This document shows, piece by piece, positions 1 through 9,828 of a stretch of DNA of 64,000 bases (positions are counted from its first letter, which is position 1; each line of letters starts with the position of its first letter). Source of the stretch: Bacillota bacterium (GTDB lineage: Bacteria > Vulcanimicrobiota > JAJTBE01); the NCBI GenBank assembly GCA_021287065.1, contig JAJTBE010000082.1, forward strand, positions 781-64,780, in the 5' to 3' direction. The notes beneath the pieces were generated by a model. The model saw only the letters and a program-made list of their open reading frames with translations. It was not told the DNA's origin and did no database searches. The position numbers and the translations under genes were made by a program.

Positions 1-110
1 CAGGATTTTCTAAAATAATAAATAATCTACCCAAAAAAGTTAAGACTTTTTTCTACAAAAGTATAAAAAAATAAAAAAGTGTACCGATATAAAGGTGGGG
101 GATAGTACAA

Positions 111-500
111 ATGAATATCACATCTGCAAAAATGGCAGGGAGCTACCCTGCTTCCACAATCAAACCGAATATAGAAAAGACAGATGCTGTCGCTGCTCAG
201 AATTCCAGCTTAAATACTATCAGCAAAACTCCTGAAAAAATATCCGCAAATCAAACCGCAACTGAATCAAAAAACTCCATCGTCAGTTTTGACATTAACT
301 GGAAAAGCATGTCAGATATAACTGAAATCCGTGCAAAAATGAAAGAAAGCATCAGCATGAAATATGCCGGAACATTATCACAGATGGACAACAGTGGAAT
401 TCGTACCATAGCAACATTCTATAAACCTGAACCTGTTACTCAGGCAGAAATTGAGATCAACAAAATAACAACCATCCGCACCGGCAACATCCATTCATAG
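111..500 (+). CDS. hypothetical protein (129 aa, Ser/Thr/Asn-rich)
   Basis: Uninterrupted ORF with a GGTGGGGG RBS about 8 nt upstream of the ATG. No recognisable motif. Confidence 0.4.
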   Translation: MNITSAKMAGSYPASTIKPNIEKTDAVAAQNSSLNTISKTPEKISANQTATESKNSIVSFDINWKSMSDITEIRAKMKESISMKYAGTLSQMDNSGIRTIATFYKPEPVTQAEIEINKITTIRTGNIHS

Positions 501-503
501 CAC

Positions 504-542
504 CACAAAAAAGAGGCTTCGCACAAAAATGTTTCAGCCTCT
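504..542 (-). terminator. rho-independent terminator between convergent genes
   Basis: Stem agaggct(512-518) pairs with agcctct(536-542). On the minus strand a U-run follows (complement of aaaaaa at 507-512). It lies directly 3' of the minus-strand gene ending at 575. Confidence 0.4.
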
Positions 543-574
543 GGTTATTCTCCATTATTTTTCCGCTAAATTCG

Positions 575-1552
575 TCAGCTTTCAGGTATCCATATAATTT
601 CCCTTTTCATGCCCTGTTTCCAGTTTTTTGGCAATTCCGCTTTAAACTGCCTTTTCTCCCCGGGCTGCAGATTATCAAGGCTTACCTTTGCTACATACAG
701 TGATGATCTTGACCCTTCCCCGATATATGAAACAGAAAATGTTACCCTGCTGATCTGTTTTCCTGTCTGGTTTGAAGCTGTACCTTCAACAACAGGCTGT
801 GATCCTTCGTATTTTTCAACTATATCCGTAATTTCAACACCCTTTATCCCCGGTGAAGCCGGTTTGCGGAGCCATCCGGGAAGCTGGGTTATCAGTGTTA
901 TCAAAGCAGCCAGAATAAACAGGGCAATGGTAACTTTTGTCTGAGCTTTGTCTTTTGTTTCCGGGTTTTTCAGTTGTTCTGCAAAATTGCTTATAGAATC
1001 AGAGCTTTCAACTTCACCGTCAAGCTGCTTCTGATCCACATTCTTTTGCTCTATTGCCGATTCATCAATTTTTGCATCCTTCAGATTGGCACCCTTTAAC
1101 TTTGCCCCCTTCAGATCCGCTTCCGTAAAATCAGCATTTATGAGTCTTGCATCCCGAAAATCAGCGGATTCGAGGATTGCTCCCTTAAACTCGGCTCTTG
1201 TCATTCTGGCATTTCTGAAATCAGTCTTTATAGCAGAAGCTTTTTCAAAAATACACATTGTAAGATTGGCATCCTTCAGTGAAGCTCCGTTCAGTTTTGC
1301 CTTTGTAAATGTGCAGTTGGTGCAGTCTGCTTCGTTGAGGTTTGCGTTGGAAAGATCTGCAGAATCAAAATGGGCATCCGTAAGAATTGCATTTTTGAAA
1401 TTTGCGTCTTTCAGGTTTGCTCCGTTAAGCCGCCATCTCTGCATTCTTGCATTTTCAAAGTCGATATAGGCTCTTGGGTTATCTTCACGATACTTATTGA
1501 AATTTTCCACTGATTTTTTCAGTAGATCAAGCTGTTCCTTGTTCATGCACAA
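575..1552 (-). CDS. pentapeptide-repeat protein with C-terminal transmembrane segment and extracytoplasmic domain
   Basis: Long run of A(N/D)LxxA(N/D)Fxx pentapeptide repeats (ANLKDANFKNAILTDAHFDSADLSNANL...). Hydrophobic segment VTIALFILAALITLITQL follows. Confidence 0.7.
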   Translation of the reverse strand: MCMNKEQLDLLKKSVENFNKYREDNPRAYIDFENARMQRWRLNGANLKDANFKNAILTDAHFDSADLSNANLNEADCTNCTFTKAKLNGASLKDANLTMCIFEKASAIKTDFRNARMTRAEFKGAILESADFRDARLINADFTEADLKGAKLKGANLKDAKIDESAIEQKNVDQKQLDGEVESSDSISNFAEQLKNPETKDKAQTKVTIALFILAALITLITQLPGWLRKPASPGIKGVEITDIVEKYEGSQPVVEGTASNQTGKQISRVTFSVSYIGEGSRSSLYVAKVSLDNLQPGEKRQFKAELPKNWKQGMKREIIWIPES

Positions 1553-1629
1553 CTCCTTCAGTTTTACAGGTTGTTTGATATAGCATAACTAAATAAGATA
1601 GATATTGTCTTTCTGAAGGTATATTTTTA

Positions 1630-2088
1630 CTAAAAGGGGCTTCCGATAATAACACCTTTTTCAGGCGTCCATACAGGCCCGTAAGTATCACTGCTGTAAG
1701 GAATAAGATCTTTATGGCCCCCGATACAGATTACATAAAGATATGTCGCTTTTCCTGTGGAAAGTTCGCAGGTTCTGTAACCCTTTCCACCTGCATAATC
1801 ACCGACTCCTGTTGAGGGGCATACGGGAAATTTTCCCATATATTTGGGTACAAGGGTTCTCGCCTCTGAAAAATCGCCGTCGTGTCCCACTCTGCTCTTC
1901 TGCGGATTGTCAATTTTCCACATTTCTGCAGCAGTTCCAATGGTCTTGAGGTTGCTGAGGCAGCTCTGGAGCTGCGACTGTGAACGGGCTTTCTGCATAG
2001 CAGGAAGCATAACTGATACAATCACTGATATTATGCCTATTACAAGCATCAGTTCAATAAGAGTAAAACCGGATTTCCGTTTTCTCAT
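1630..2088 (-). CDS. prepilin-type N-terminal cleavage/methylation domain protein (type IV pilin / T2SS pseudopilin-like)
   Basis: N-terminus MRKRKSGFTLIELMLVIGIISVI is the class III signal peptide with G|FTLIELM. Length is 152 aa. Confidence 0.75.
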   Translation of the reverse strand: MRKRKSGFTLIELMLVIGIISVIVSVMLPAMQKARSQSQLQSCLSNLKTIGTAAEMWKIDNPQKSRVGHDGDFSEARTLVPKYMGKFPVCPSTGVGDYAGGKGYRTCELSTGKATYLYVICIGGHKDLIPYSSDTYGPVWTPEKGVIIGSPF

Positions 2089-2335
2089 TTTATGACCCCC
2101 ATAGTTAGTGTTGTTATTCAGGAAGCTCAGTAAGTATATATATCATTTCACTTGTTCGAACTTCCGTGCGCCGCTTTGATTGTCTTTTTCTTATCGGGAT
2201 TCGGTCTGTCAGTCCGTTTCAGATTTTTCCCACCACCTCTTTTCAAGCCGAAATACCACATATTCCGGTAAATTTTGATGCGTTTGAATTTTATCATAAC
2301 AGGTTTTGTAATAATATCTGAAAAAGTTAAACCTG

Positions 2336-2460
2336 AGTAAATTCATGCCGGACAGATCCCAATGTCCATGAATTGGTAAAAAATAACTCATTTTTCAGCC
2401 AAAACTCCCTGTCTTTCAAGGAAGGAGAGCCGGATGGGCTTTTTCCGAAAATTCCTTGAT
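2336..2460 (+). repeat. degenerate partial copy of the window's MITE-like repeat
   Basis: ccatgaattggtaaaaaataactc...ctttcaaggaaggagagccggatgggctttttccgaaaa matches the 5' third of the repeat consensus (actgaattagtaaaa...ttcaaggagggaggttcggagg...cgcttttccaaaaa). Confidence 0.3.
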
Positions 2461-2678
2461 GGATGTGGGGATTTTACAGGGTCATAATAACCGAAGATCG
2501 ATGAAAGGTAATGGGGTGAGGGATTTCTTTTGTGTTTTCTGCCAAATTATATTATATGAAAACTCCCATGTTTTGTCAATTATTTCCTCGAAAACCATGC
2601 GCAAATTATAGGTTGTTTACTTTTTTATGATTTTATAGTATTATTATCCGGGGATTTCCTAAGAATGACGGAGCTTCC

Positions 2679-4031
2679 ATGAGTATAAACAGCCTCTCTG
2701 CCTTAAACTTAAACCCTCCTGCAATCAAACCCGATGGGGTTTCTTCTTCACCTGCCATAAATGTTATCGCTCATATAGATGCCACAGAGCCAACTGTGGA
2801 AGCTTTTCTCGCCTCCCGTATTGATGATTTTGAGAAAGCAAAGGCAGAATCCGGAGATCAGCTCGAAGTTACCGCAAGACTCCACAGGGCAGGCTCTTCA
2901 GCATACAGAAACATTATGGATGGCGTTGAAACTCTCGGTTTTCTCGTTGCCGCTCCCTTAACCGGTTATATATTAGGCGGAGCAGCAGGCTTTGCAGCCG
3001 GAGGGATCCTTGATGCGGGTATGATAGCTCTGGGAGTGGCAAGACAGGGAATGCAGAAGATTATATCCGGCAGGGAGCAGGGATACTTACTGAAGGAATC
3101 TGCCTGGAAAGGCGCCAGAACATATTATATTGAGCCTGACAAAACCGATGGATTTGATACAAAACCAACTGATATAAAACCGAATGAATTGAAACCCGGT
3201 GTAAAGGAACTCGGTTCGTTTATAGGCAGCGGTTTGAAAAAATATCCCTCTTCCACCGGCATCCTTTATCTGGCAGGTCATGGGCAGGGTTATAAATCAA
3301 TAGCATCAATGCCTGTTACAGATCTGAAAAAAGCTATCGAAATAGCCGCAGATGAATCCGGAAAGAAACCGGATATTATTCTTATGGAATCATGCCTTAT
3401 GGGTAATATGGAAGCATTATCCGAATTAAGGGATTCCGCAAAAGTCGCCATTGTATCCGAGGAGACAATAGGCGCAGCATCGCTTCCCCTGAAGGATATT
3501 CTCAATGACGCCGCTAAAAACGGTGGAACTCCTGAGGAAATAGCCGGCCGGATAATTGAAAAAACCGCTGAAACCAGATTTGTTGACACCCTTGCCGCCA
3601 TAAACCTTGAAAAGACAGGTCCTTTTGTCGAGTCAACGGGTAAACTTGGAGATTTGCTCTCAGGTGAAATTGCTTCCGGAAAAAAGGCGGAGATTCGTAA
3701 CGCTGTAAAACAGGCTATGAAATTTCCTATGGGCAGAATGCAGTTTCTTGACAGGATGATGACTAATTTCTCGGATTTGGGAAGTTTTCTTAAAGCTATT
3801 GAAAAAGCGGATCTCAGTCAGGAAACCAAAAATGCTGCTATGGAAACCTATAATAAAATGCAGGAAACAATCATTCTTCAGGCGGTAAAATCAAAATACG
3901 GTGAAGCAGATGGAATATCATTTCTGGCGGAAAACACCCCCCGGAAAGATAATGCCCCGGGCAAAGGGAGCTACAACGAATTGAACATCCCTTCAGGCTG
4001 GAAGAATTTTATAAACAACTTATGGAAGTAA
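2679..4031 (+). CDS. clostripain-like (peptidase C11 family) cysteine peptidase, putative, with N-proximal glycine-zipper membrane segment
   Basis: Putative catalytic His in LYLAGHGQGY and catalytic Cys in ILMESCLMGN, which resembles the C11 motif xDACLMG. GYILGGAAGFAAGGILDAGMIALGVA is a GxxxG-rich hydrophobic segment. Confidence 0.45.
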   Translation: MSINSLSALNLNPPAIKPDGVSSSPAINVIAHIDATEPTVEAFLASRIDDFEKAKAESGDQLEVTARLHRAGSSAYRNIMDGVETLGFLVAAPLTGYILGGAAGFAAGGILDAGMIALGVARQGMQKIISGREQGYLLKESAWKGARTYYIEPDKTDGFDTKPTDIKPNELKPGVKELGSFIGSGLKKYPSSTGILYLAGHGQGYKSIASMPVTDLKKAIEIAADESGKKPDIILMESCLMGNMEALSELRDSAKVAIVSEETIGAASLPLKDILNDAAKNGGTPEEIAGRIIEKTAETRFVDTLAAINLEKTGPFVESTGKLGDLLSGEIASGKKAEIRNAVKQAMKFPMGRMQFLDRMMTNFSDLGSFLKAIEKADLSQETKNAAMETYNKMQETIILQAVKSKYGEADGISFLAENTPRKDNAPGKGSYNELNIPSGWKNFINNLWK

Positions 4032-4264
4032 CGGAGGAAATATCAGTGGCTGAAAATCAGGTTAATAAAAACTTACCTTCTCCTGTAAAATTAAAACTCG
4101 AAATCGACCGGGACGCAGCAGGCCTTCAGGTTATTTCCGTTGTTGCAGGTGCAGTTACTTCTGTTCTTAGTCAGTTTGTCGCGGATAAAATTGAAGATAA
4201 AATAAAACGAATCAGGGAAAAAACCAACGAAGAAGAACCGGCAGGAGATTCCGATCCTTCATAA
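4022..4264 (+). CDS. hypothetical small protein (80 aa)
   Basis: ORF start overlaps the upstream stop (ATGGAAGTAA), suggesting translational coupling. One hydrophobic stretch. Confidence 0.35.
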   Translation: MEVTEEISVAENQVNKNLPSPVKLKLEIDRDAAGLQVISVVAGAVTSVLSQFVADKIEDKIKRIREKTNEEEPAGDSDPS

Positions 4265-4310
4265 GACAGCAGTTTTCCTCTCAGCTTTTGCATGTGCCCT
4301 TATTTCGTCA

Positions 4311-5861
4311 TCAGTAAGATTTTAACTCGCTCCACATACTCTGCAGATTCCTGATAGCCCCCCGGCAATGCCATATTGGCTTATTTTCATAAGGCATGGC
4401 GTATGGGTGGTAAATATCTCCCGCTTTAGTAACGCTTCTGAACTGACTTTTCATTTTGTCTATATCACCGCCCACCACGATAATACTTTCGCCTGTATAG
4501 TCCCGTGGTCCCCAGATCCAGTAATTCATATGTCCTCCGATGGATTTGGGCAAACCATATTTTCCGCCAAGCAGATCGATTGCTCCGCATTCTCCGTAGT
4601 TTCCGCAGAAAATTGCAGTTTTTGCCCTTTCGTCTGCGGGCAGCGAATTGTAGTATGCAGCTACTTTCCCAGTCATCTCCTCCCATCCGAACATATCCGC
4701 ATACATCTGTGGCAGAGGGCTTTGTTCGTGATTTTCAGTTGCCGGAGGCCTTAATCGAAATGTATTCATATAAGAAATAAACTGTTGCGGAGGAAGTATG
4801 CAGATTGAAAGGGGCGCAAGAATAATTCCGCCTGCTATGACAACCCCAATGCCTGCCGGTCTTAACCAGTTAAGATTTTTTCCTTTAGCTTCACATCCTG
4901 CTATAAAATTATCAAACAATACAGCGCCTGATGCAAAGAGCATTATATATGCCGGAGCAAGAAAATAGACTTTTGTCCCTTTCTGCACTAAAAAAAGCAG
5001 AAGTGCAGTCAGAAAAGCCCATCCCAGCGCACGCCACTGTTTTCCTGCCTTAGTGAAATAGAAATATATACCTCCCAGCCATAACGGACAGGAGGCAGGG
5101 TTCATCAAAAATACCTGCCCCTTCAGGAAATCAACAGGCGACAGAATGATATTCTTGCCCAGTAAGAAATGTTTCTGAATCTGAATAAACGGAAATCCAT
5201 TGTTATAAAGCCAAATTAAGTTTGGAAGAAAAATCAGGAAAGCAATAACCGAACCAATCCATATCCAGGGTTTGAAAAAAGCTTTGCGTTCAGGTGTCAA
5301 TAATATACCCACAATCAGGGCAAAGGCAAAAAAGGCAATACCGTATTTGTTTTCCATTCCAACCCCGGCAGTAAAGCCGAACCATAACCAGAGACGCTGA
5401 TTGCCGGTGTTGATTATGCGGACGATAATATAAGCAAGGAGAGTCCATAGAACCGGTTCAAGACAGTTCATTGAAAGATATCCGGCTGTCGCCATATATA
5501 TGGGAACCAGAGCGGTTGCTATAGCCGCCGTTGCCTGAGCGAAAAGCTTCCCTCCAAACTCCCTTACCAGCATTCCTGCCAACACAACCTGAACAGCTCC
5601 TGCCAGCGCAGGTATGATATGAAGCCCTGCAAGGGAGGTTCCAAAAAGCAATGAAGAAATTTTTGCCATCAACGCAACGAGAGGGGGCTGATCCATATAA
5701 CCCCATGCAAGGTGATCGCCGCATGCCAGAAAATAAAGTTCATCCCGGAAGTAGCCATAATTCTGAACCAACATGTGCATCGCAAATTTAAGAACAGCTA
5801 TGTAAAAAACAACTGCAACACCGCTCTTCCAGGTATTTGAGACAGTTTTTCCATTAGTCAT
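4311..5861 (-). CDS. GT-C membrane glycosyltransferase, GT39/ArnT (PMT_2)-like
   Basis: About 12 predicted TM segments. N-terminal motifs YFRDELYF and MDQPPL are typical of the ArnT/PMT family. C-terminal soluble domain. Confidence 0.65.
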   Translation of the reverse strand: MTNGKTVSNTWKSGVAVVFYIAVLKFAMHMLVQNYGYFRDELYFLACGDHLAWGYMDQPPLVALMAKISSLLFGTSLAGLHIIPALAGAVQVVLAGMLVREFGGKLFAQATAAIATALVPIYMATAGYLSMNCLEPVLWTLLAYIIVRIINTGNQRLWLWFGFTAGVGMENKYGIAFFAFALIVGILLTPERKAFFKPWIWIGSVIAFLIFLPNLIWLYNNGFPFIQIQKHFLLGKNIILSPVDFLKGQVFLMNPASCPLWLGGIYFYFTKAGKQWRALGWAFLTALLLFLVQKGTKVYFLAPAYIMLFASGAVLFDNFIAGCEAKGKNLNWLRPAGIGVVIAGGIILAPLSICILPPQQFISYMNTFRLRPPATENHEQSPLPQMYADMFGWEEMTGKVAAYYNSLPADERAKTAIFCGNYGECGAIDLLGGKYGLPKSIGGHMNYWIWGPRDYTGESIIVVGGDIDKMKSQFRSVTKAGDIYHPYAMPYENKPIWHCRGAIRNLQSMWSELKSY

Positions 5862-5869
5862 AGAAACCT

Positions 5870-6517
5870 CTATTTGCCTTTGTGTCCCAGAATCAGATAT
5901 GCCCTGTTGATACTTCCCTCTTGTTTATAATAAACCTCAACATTGGCTCCTTCCCGGAGTATTTCTCCCCGTGAACATGAAACCCATGTTTTGTATGGAT
6001 ATTTCAGGTTGACCGGTACAGGTGAAGAATCACCGGGTTTTATAACTTTTTCGATCATATATTTAGTCTGGTTTCCAAATACGATTGGCAGCTTAGTCGG
6101 TTTTCCCGGATCCCAGTAAACGAGTTCCTTATTGGTTCCCGCCGGCATTCCGTGCGCCTGAACCCAGCTTGCCACGAAGTAGCCTGTGTTCATGTTCAGT
6201 TCTGTTACTTTGCCGGATAATACTTTCTTATACTCGCCCTTTTTGAATTTTTCGTCAAATTCCCTTACAACAGGGTTTGTTATTGATACTCTTGGTTCGT
6301 CAGGATCGCTCCCCGGCACATCATAAGCAGATTCAAAACATGTTTTTGCAGAATCGCCTATATTCACGAAAACAGAGCCGGCAGCAGAATCCGGATTCGG
6401 AACCGGACAATCAATAGATCCGTAAGTGCCGTAATCGGCTGATGCAGGTATTATGGAAACCCAAAAGCCCATAAGTATTAAAGAAAAACCGAACAAAAAT
6501 TTCCGCATAACCCCCAC
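5870..6517 (-). CDS. secreted hypothetical protein (signal peptide)
   Basis: N-terminus MRKFLFGFSLILMGFWVSIIPASA is a signal peptide. It ends 9 bp upstream of the glycosyltransferase start, so they are likely co-transcribed. Confidence 0.5.
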   Translation of the reverse strand: MGVMRKFLFGFSLILMGFWVSIIPASADYGTYGSIDCPVPNPDSAAGSVFVNIGDSAKTCFESAYDVPGSDPDEPRVSITNPVVREFDEKFKKGEYKKVLSGKVTELNMNTGYFVASWVQAHGMPAGTNKELVYWDPGKPTKLPIVFGNQTKYMIEKVIKPGDSSPVPVNLKYPYKTWVSCSRGEILREGANVEVYYKQEGSINRAYLILGHKGK

Positions 6518-6609
6518 TCCTTTTATATAGTTGTTTATATGAGATTTTATATCTATTAAACCACATACAATCTTTTCCTTTGAAGCATTGGCAGGAAGGG
6601 TTCAAAGCT

Positions 6610-6901
6610 GCTGAATCCGTAAAATTAGTAAAAACCACTCCACTCCCAATCCCCTTGTTTTTCAAGGAGGGAGGTTCGGAGGGTAACCTCGCCTTTCCAA
6701 AAAAGCGTGGTTCCGTGTGACGGTCCCCAAATCCCACGGTTCCCGGTCGGTCCCCAATTCAAAAGTTTTGGGATGGCGGGTGCCTGCCCGAAGGGTGGGC
6801 GCGGGGAAACTTTTTCTAAAAAAGTTTTCTCCGGGAGCTGGGCAAACCGCTCCAATACTCGTGAGCGATCAGACTAATCCATGCCGCAATTCATGGGCAT
6901 T
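6610..6901 (+). repeat. MITE-like repeat copy 1
   Basis: ...attagtaaaaaccactcc...cttgtttttcaaggagggaggttcggagggtaacctcgc...aaaagcgtgg...caattcaaaagttttggga...ggaaactttttctaaaaaagttttctccggg...aattcatgggcatt. Confidence 0.8.
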
Positions 6902-6932
6902 TGAGCTTTCCCGTTATTATCCTGAAAATCCC

Positions 6933-7997
6933 CTATATCCGTTCCGGTATGGAAAATTCATCGTGAATATAGACGGTGCGGAAGATTTTCTTCAGTTCGG
7001 TTATACGGTAGATAAACCTTTCATACCTGTCTCTTGTGGTTCCGGCTATGCATTTTATCATACCCGTATCAAGTGCAGCCTGAAGCAGTTTAATAAACCC
7101 TGTGGAAGAGTCGGCGGCGGCAAATTTATCAAAATCGCCAATATAGAGAATAATATGTCTTCCCTGAGACTGAATCATGGTCTGGAAGAACTCGTTCATA
7201 GCTTCTGCAGGTTTTTCCTTTGAAGCTGTAAGGAAAGACTGACCGATTCTGACCACTCTGGGACCTTTGGATTTAGGCCCGGCGCCGCTTCCTATAGCTG
7301 ACGAAACCGCATCCATAACCTGATCCGCCGAGCGTTTGCCGTTCTGGATAAGAATAATATGTTTACCATCCGGAGACTGAAGTTCCTTGGCAAGAACCAG
7401 CAGAACCGCATCTTTGAGAACCACGGATTCCCTGAGTTTGATTTCTCCGGTCATTTCACGGGAGGGAGGAGCTTCAGGAATAACCGTCTGCTGCCTTGAA
7501 CCGGTCTGTGAAATAACGGGAGCTTCATTCCTGCGGATTAATCCGGGAAATACTTTTTTTATTGCCGGGGTCTGCTTTTCAAATATAGCTCTGAGAAGTC
7601 CTGCCAGGGCAATTTCGCCTTTTACCAGAAAAGCCGGTGTACCGGCAATGGTAAAGATTACTCTCGATGCATCCGAGCGATGGATTCCCTTGTCCCTGTT
7701 TTCTGCAGCTTTCCCCATTCCCATCTCGTTTCTCAGGGATCTTCTGCAGAAGGATGTTTTCTCCGGTGCTTCTATTCCATAGGCAAGAAGTTCAGAGACA
7801 AGCTGATCTCTCTGTCCTATAAGAATTTTTTCCGGAATACCGTTTTTGGACAGAACCTGCATGGATTCATCATCAAGTTCCGCATATTTAAGAAGAGCAT
7901 TAAGAAAATGCTCAGGTTCAACAAATTCATAATTTGCCGATATTGCTTCGTGCGCTGCTATCGAGTATATTACCTGTATGGCTGGGTTAAAATTCAT
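6933..7997 (-). CDS. Clp N-terminal-domain protein (ClpA/B-like N repeats; ATPase part degenerate)
   Basis: Two Clp_N-like repeats (IAAHEAISANYEFVEPEHFLNALLK; VIFTIAGTPAFLVKGEIALAGLLRAIF). The C-terminal part has ILYIGDFDKF, which resembles the ClpA/B Walker B box ILFIDEIH. No Walker A (GxxGxGKT). Confidence 0.4.
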   Translation of the reverse strand: MNFNPAIQVIYSIAAHEAISANYEFVEPEHFLNALLKYAELDDESMQVLSKNGIPEKILIGQRDQLVSELLAYGIEAPEKTSFCRRSLRNEMGMGKAAENRDKGIHRSDASRVIFTIAGTPAFLVKGEIALAGLLRAIFEKQTPAIKKVFPGLIRRNEAPVISQTGSRQQTVIPEAPPSREMTGEIKLRESVVLKDAVLLVLAKELQSPDGKHIILIQNGKRSADQVMDAVSSAIGSGAGPKSKGPRVVRIGQSFLTASKEKPAEAMNEFFQTMIQSQGRHIILYIGDFDKFAAADSSTGFIKLLQAALDTGMIKCIAGTTRDRYERFIYRITELKKIFRTVYIHDEFSIPERI

Positions 7998-8162
7998 TTT
8001 ATGCCTCCCGGGTTGGTTGCCATAAGTTTCTATATTGCAAACCGGAACCCTTCACTGAATTTTTGTATTACAATTTTAAAGATTTTTAACTTCCGCGTTA
8101 AGTTTTTTTGTTCAGCTTCGTCTAATATAACAGAAAATAAAAAAACACAAAAGGAGAACCCA

Positions 8163-8657
8163 ATGAAACGGTATTTTTCATTCATCGCAGCTGCAGTCAT
8201 TTTTGCAGTAATGCTCACAGCGACGGTTTTCGCAGCAGAAAACACAGACAAAAAATCGAGATCAGTAATGCTCACCTTCAACCTCAAAGCTACGGAAAAC
8301 GGAAAGCTAAAGGAAATCAGACCCAAAGTTGCCGTAATGGATGGTAAAACAGCCACCATAACAATTGGAGATAAAAAAGCCACCCTCAACAAAAAAGAAG
8401 TGCCGACAGATAAAGCAATGAAGGAAGGCACAGCTTCAATGCTTACCAACGTTGAAGCTACCCCTGAAATAGCAGACGGAACCAATCCCCAGAGAATCAA
8501 ACTCGACATAAAATTCTATTTTCAGGATGGCTCATCAGTCATATCACAAAACTTTAAAATAACGGTAATCGAAAACGAACCTTTTACCTTTACTGCTGAA
8601 GACGCCAACACAAAGAAAAAAGTGGAAATGACCGTAACTGCAGAAATCAGGAAATAA
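8163..8657 (+). CDS. secreted hypothetical protein (164 aa)
   Basis: AAGGAG RBS about 8 nt upstream of the ATG at 8163. Signal peptide MKRYFSFIAAAVIFAVMLTATVFA. The 5' part of the listed ORF 7680..8657 is antisense to the previous gene and was discarded. Confidence 0.6.
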   Translation: MKRYFSFIAAAVIFAVMLTATVFAAENTDKKSRSVMLTFNLKATENGKLKEIRPKVAVMDGKTATITIGDKKATLNKKEVPTDKAMKEGTASMLTNVEATPEIADGTNPQRIKLDIKFYFQDGSSVISQNFKITVIENEPFTFTAEDANTKKKVEMTVTAEIRK

Positions 8658-8674
8658 CCTGAAAACAAATAAAA

Positions 8675-8714
8675 AGACCCTGACGAATCAAAAAACCGGC
8701 AGGGTCTTTTTTAT
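8675..8714 (+). terminator. rho-independent terminator
   Basis: agaccctg...cagggtct stem followed by tttttt. Confidence 0.65.
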
Positions 8715-8798
8715 TCTTACCACAGGGCATTCCCCTTAGTATCATCGGAAATTTTATGGTATAATACTCATTGATTTAATAAAACAGGGAGAAATATT

Positions 8799-9494
8799 AT
8801 GGATCTGAAACCGCTGAAATCCTTCGAAACCCCTTCATATCCTTCCGGCTCCGAAAATATGGAAAAGAATGAGGGCTTTTTAAACAATTTTGTGCCGAAG
8901 AGATGGCTCAAACCTGCAATTATGACAGGCGCAGCTCTCCTTCTTTCTTTCTGCCAGCCAGTGCTTCCGGCAAACACCATTAGTACTGCGTCCGGAGTAT
9001 GTTTTGCTTCTGAAACCGGTGGAAGCCAGCCTTTCTGGAATTTTGCTTCAAACCTCATAGCTGCCAACGATTCCACACCTCAGCCTGAGTTTGGCAGAAC
9101 AGCAGGGAAGCCTGCTATGATTTCAACACTGACCGAAAGCGAAGCTCAGCAAATAGTCAGTGATGAATTCCGTATCAACAAGGTTAAATTTGAAAGACAG
9201 AACTACAACATCGGCAAAAAAGACACACCAATGATACTTGACGGATATACACCGAGACAGCAGTTAGGGTATAAGATCATAAGCAGTCAGGACTGGAGTG
9301 AAATTGCCATCTGGAGCGGCGACAAAAACAAATGCTTTTCATCCAGTGAGGAAGCAGCTCAGTTCCTTGAAAAAAAACTCCTTGAAAAACGCATTCGCTG
9401 CGCCTGCATTTACATACCAGATTTTGTAAGCAAACAGAAAGCAAGAGATAGCCTGAAAAGTCAGGTAAAGGAAAAATCAAAAACGATGAGATAA
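8799..9494 (+). CDS. member of a five-member paralogous family of N-terminally anchored proteins (function unknown)
   Basis: N-terminus LKPLKSFETPSYP...RWLKPAIMTGAALLL (signal-anchor). Central DEFRINKVKFERQNYNIGKKDTPMILDGYT. C-terminus RIRCACIYIPDF. These motifs are shared with the four genes at 33121-35987. Confidence 0.55.
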   Translation: MDLKPLKSFETPSYPSGSENMEKNEGFLNNFVPKRWLKPAIMTGAALLLSFCQPVLPANTISTASGVCFASETGGSQPFWNFASNLIAANDSTPQPEFGRTAGKPAMISTLTESEAQQIVSDEFRINKVKFERQNYNIGKKDTPMILDGYTPRQQLGYKIISSQDWSEIAIWSGDKNKCFSSSEEAAQFLEKKLLEKRIRCACIYIPDFVSKQKARDSLKSQVKEKSKTMR

Positions 9495-9507
9495 CCGGTT
9501 TATGCTC

Positions 9508-9828
9508 AATGCCCATGAATTAAGGCATGGATTTATCTGATCATTCACGATAATTATAACCGCACGCCCAGCTCCCGGAGAAAACTTTTTTGGAAAAAGT
9601 TTCCTCCGGACCTCCATCCCAAAACTTTTTGAATCAGGGACCGGGGGGGTAGGGACCGTCAGAGGAGACCACGCTTTTTTAGAAAAAGCGAGGTCTCCTC
9701 CGAACCTCCTCCCTTGAAAAACAAGAGTATTAGGCTTGGGGATTTGAGCAAATTCTACTAATTCAGTGGTATTGGACCCTGAGGTTTGGGGACCGTCAGC
9801 GGGAACCACGCTTTTTTGTAAAAGCTTT
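9508..9828 (-). repeat. MITE-like repeat copy 2 (reverse orientation) plus an adjacent partial fragment
   Basis: aatgcccatgaattaaggcatgg...ccggagaaaacttttttggaaaaagtttcctccgg...ccacgcttttttagaaaaagcgagg...cctcccttgaaaaacaag...ctaattcagtggtatt. A second ggaaccacgcttttttg fragment follows at 9790-9828. Confidence 0.8.

Noticed and set aside
6625-6855. ORFs of 60-110 aa lying inside MITE copies (e.g. 6625..6855, 6717..7223 5' part, 9477..9809, 26105..26416, 26360..26566, 36316..36543, 45659..45853, 46327..46524, 58840..59148, 58955..59170)
   Set aside because: They occur on both strands of a palindromic repeat and translate to Pro/Gly/Ser low-complexity peptides with no RBS. Their apparent similarity to each other reflects repeat DNA, not selection on protein.
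7680-8162. 5' two-thirds of the listed 325-aa plus-strand ORF 7680..8657
   Set aside because: It is antisense to the better-supported Clp-N-domain gene. The true gene starts at the ATG at 8163, which has an AAGGAG RBS and a signal peptide.
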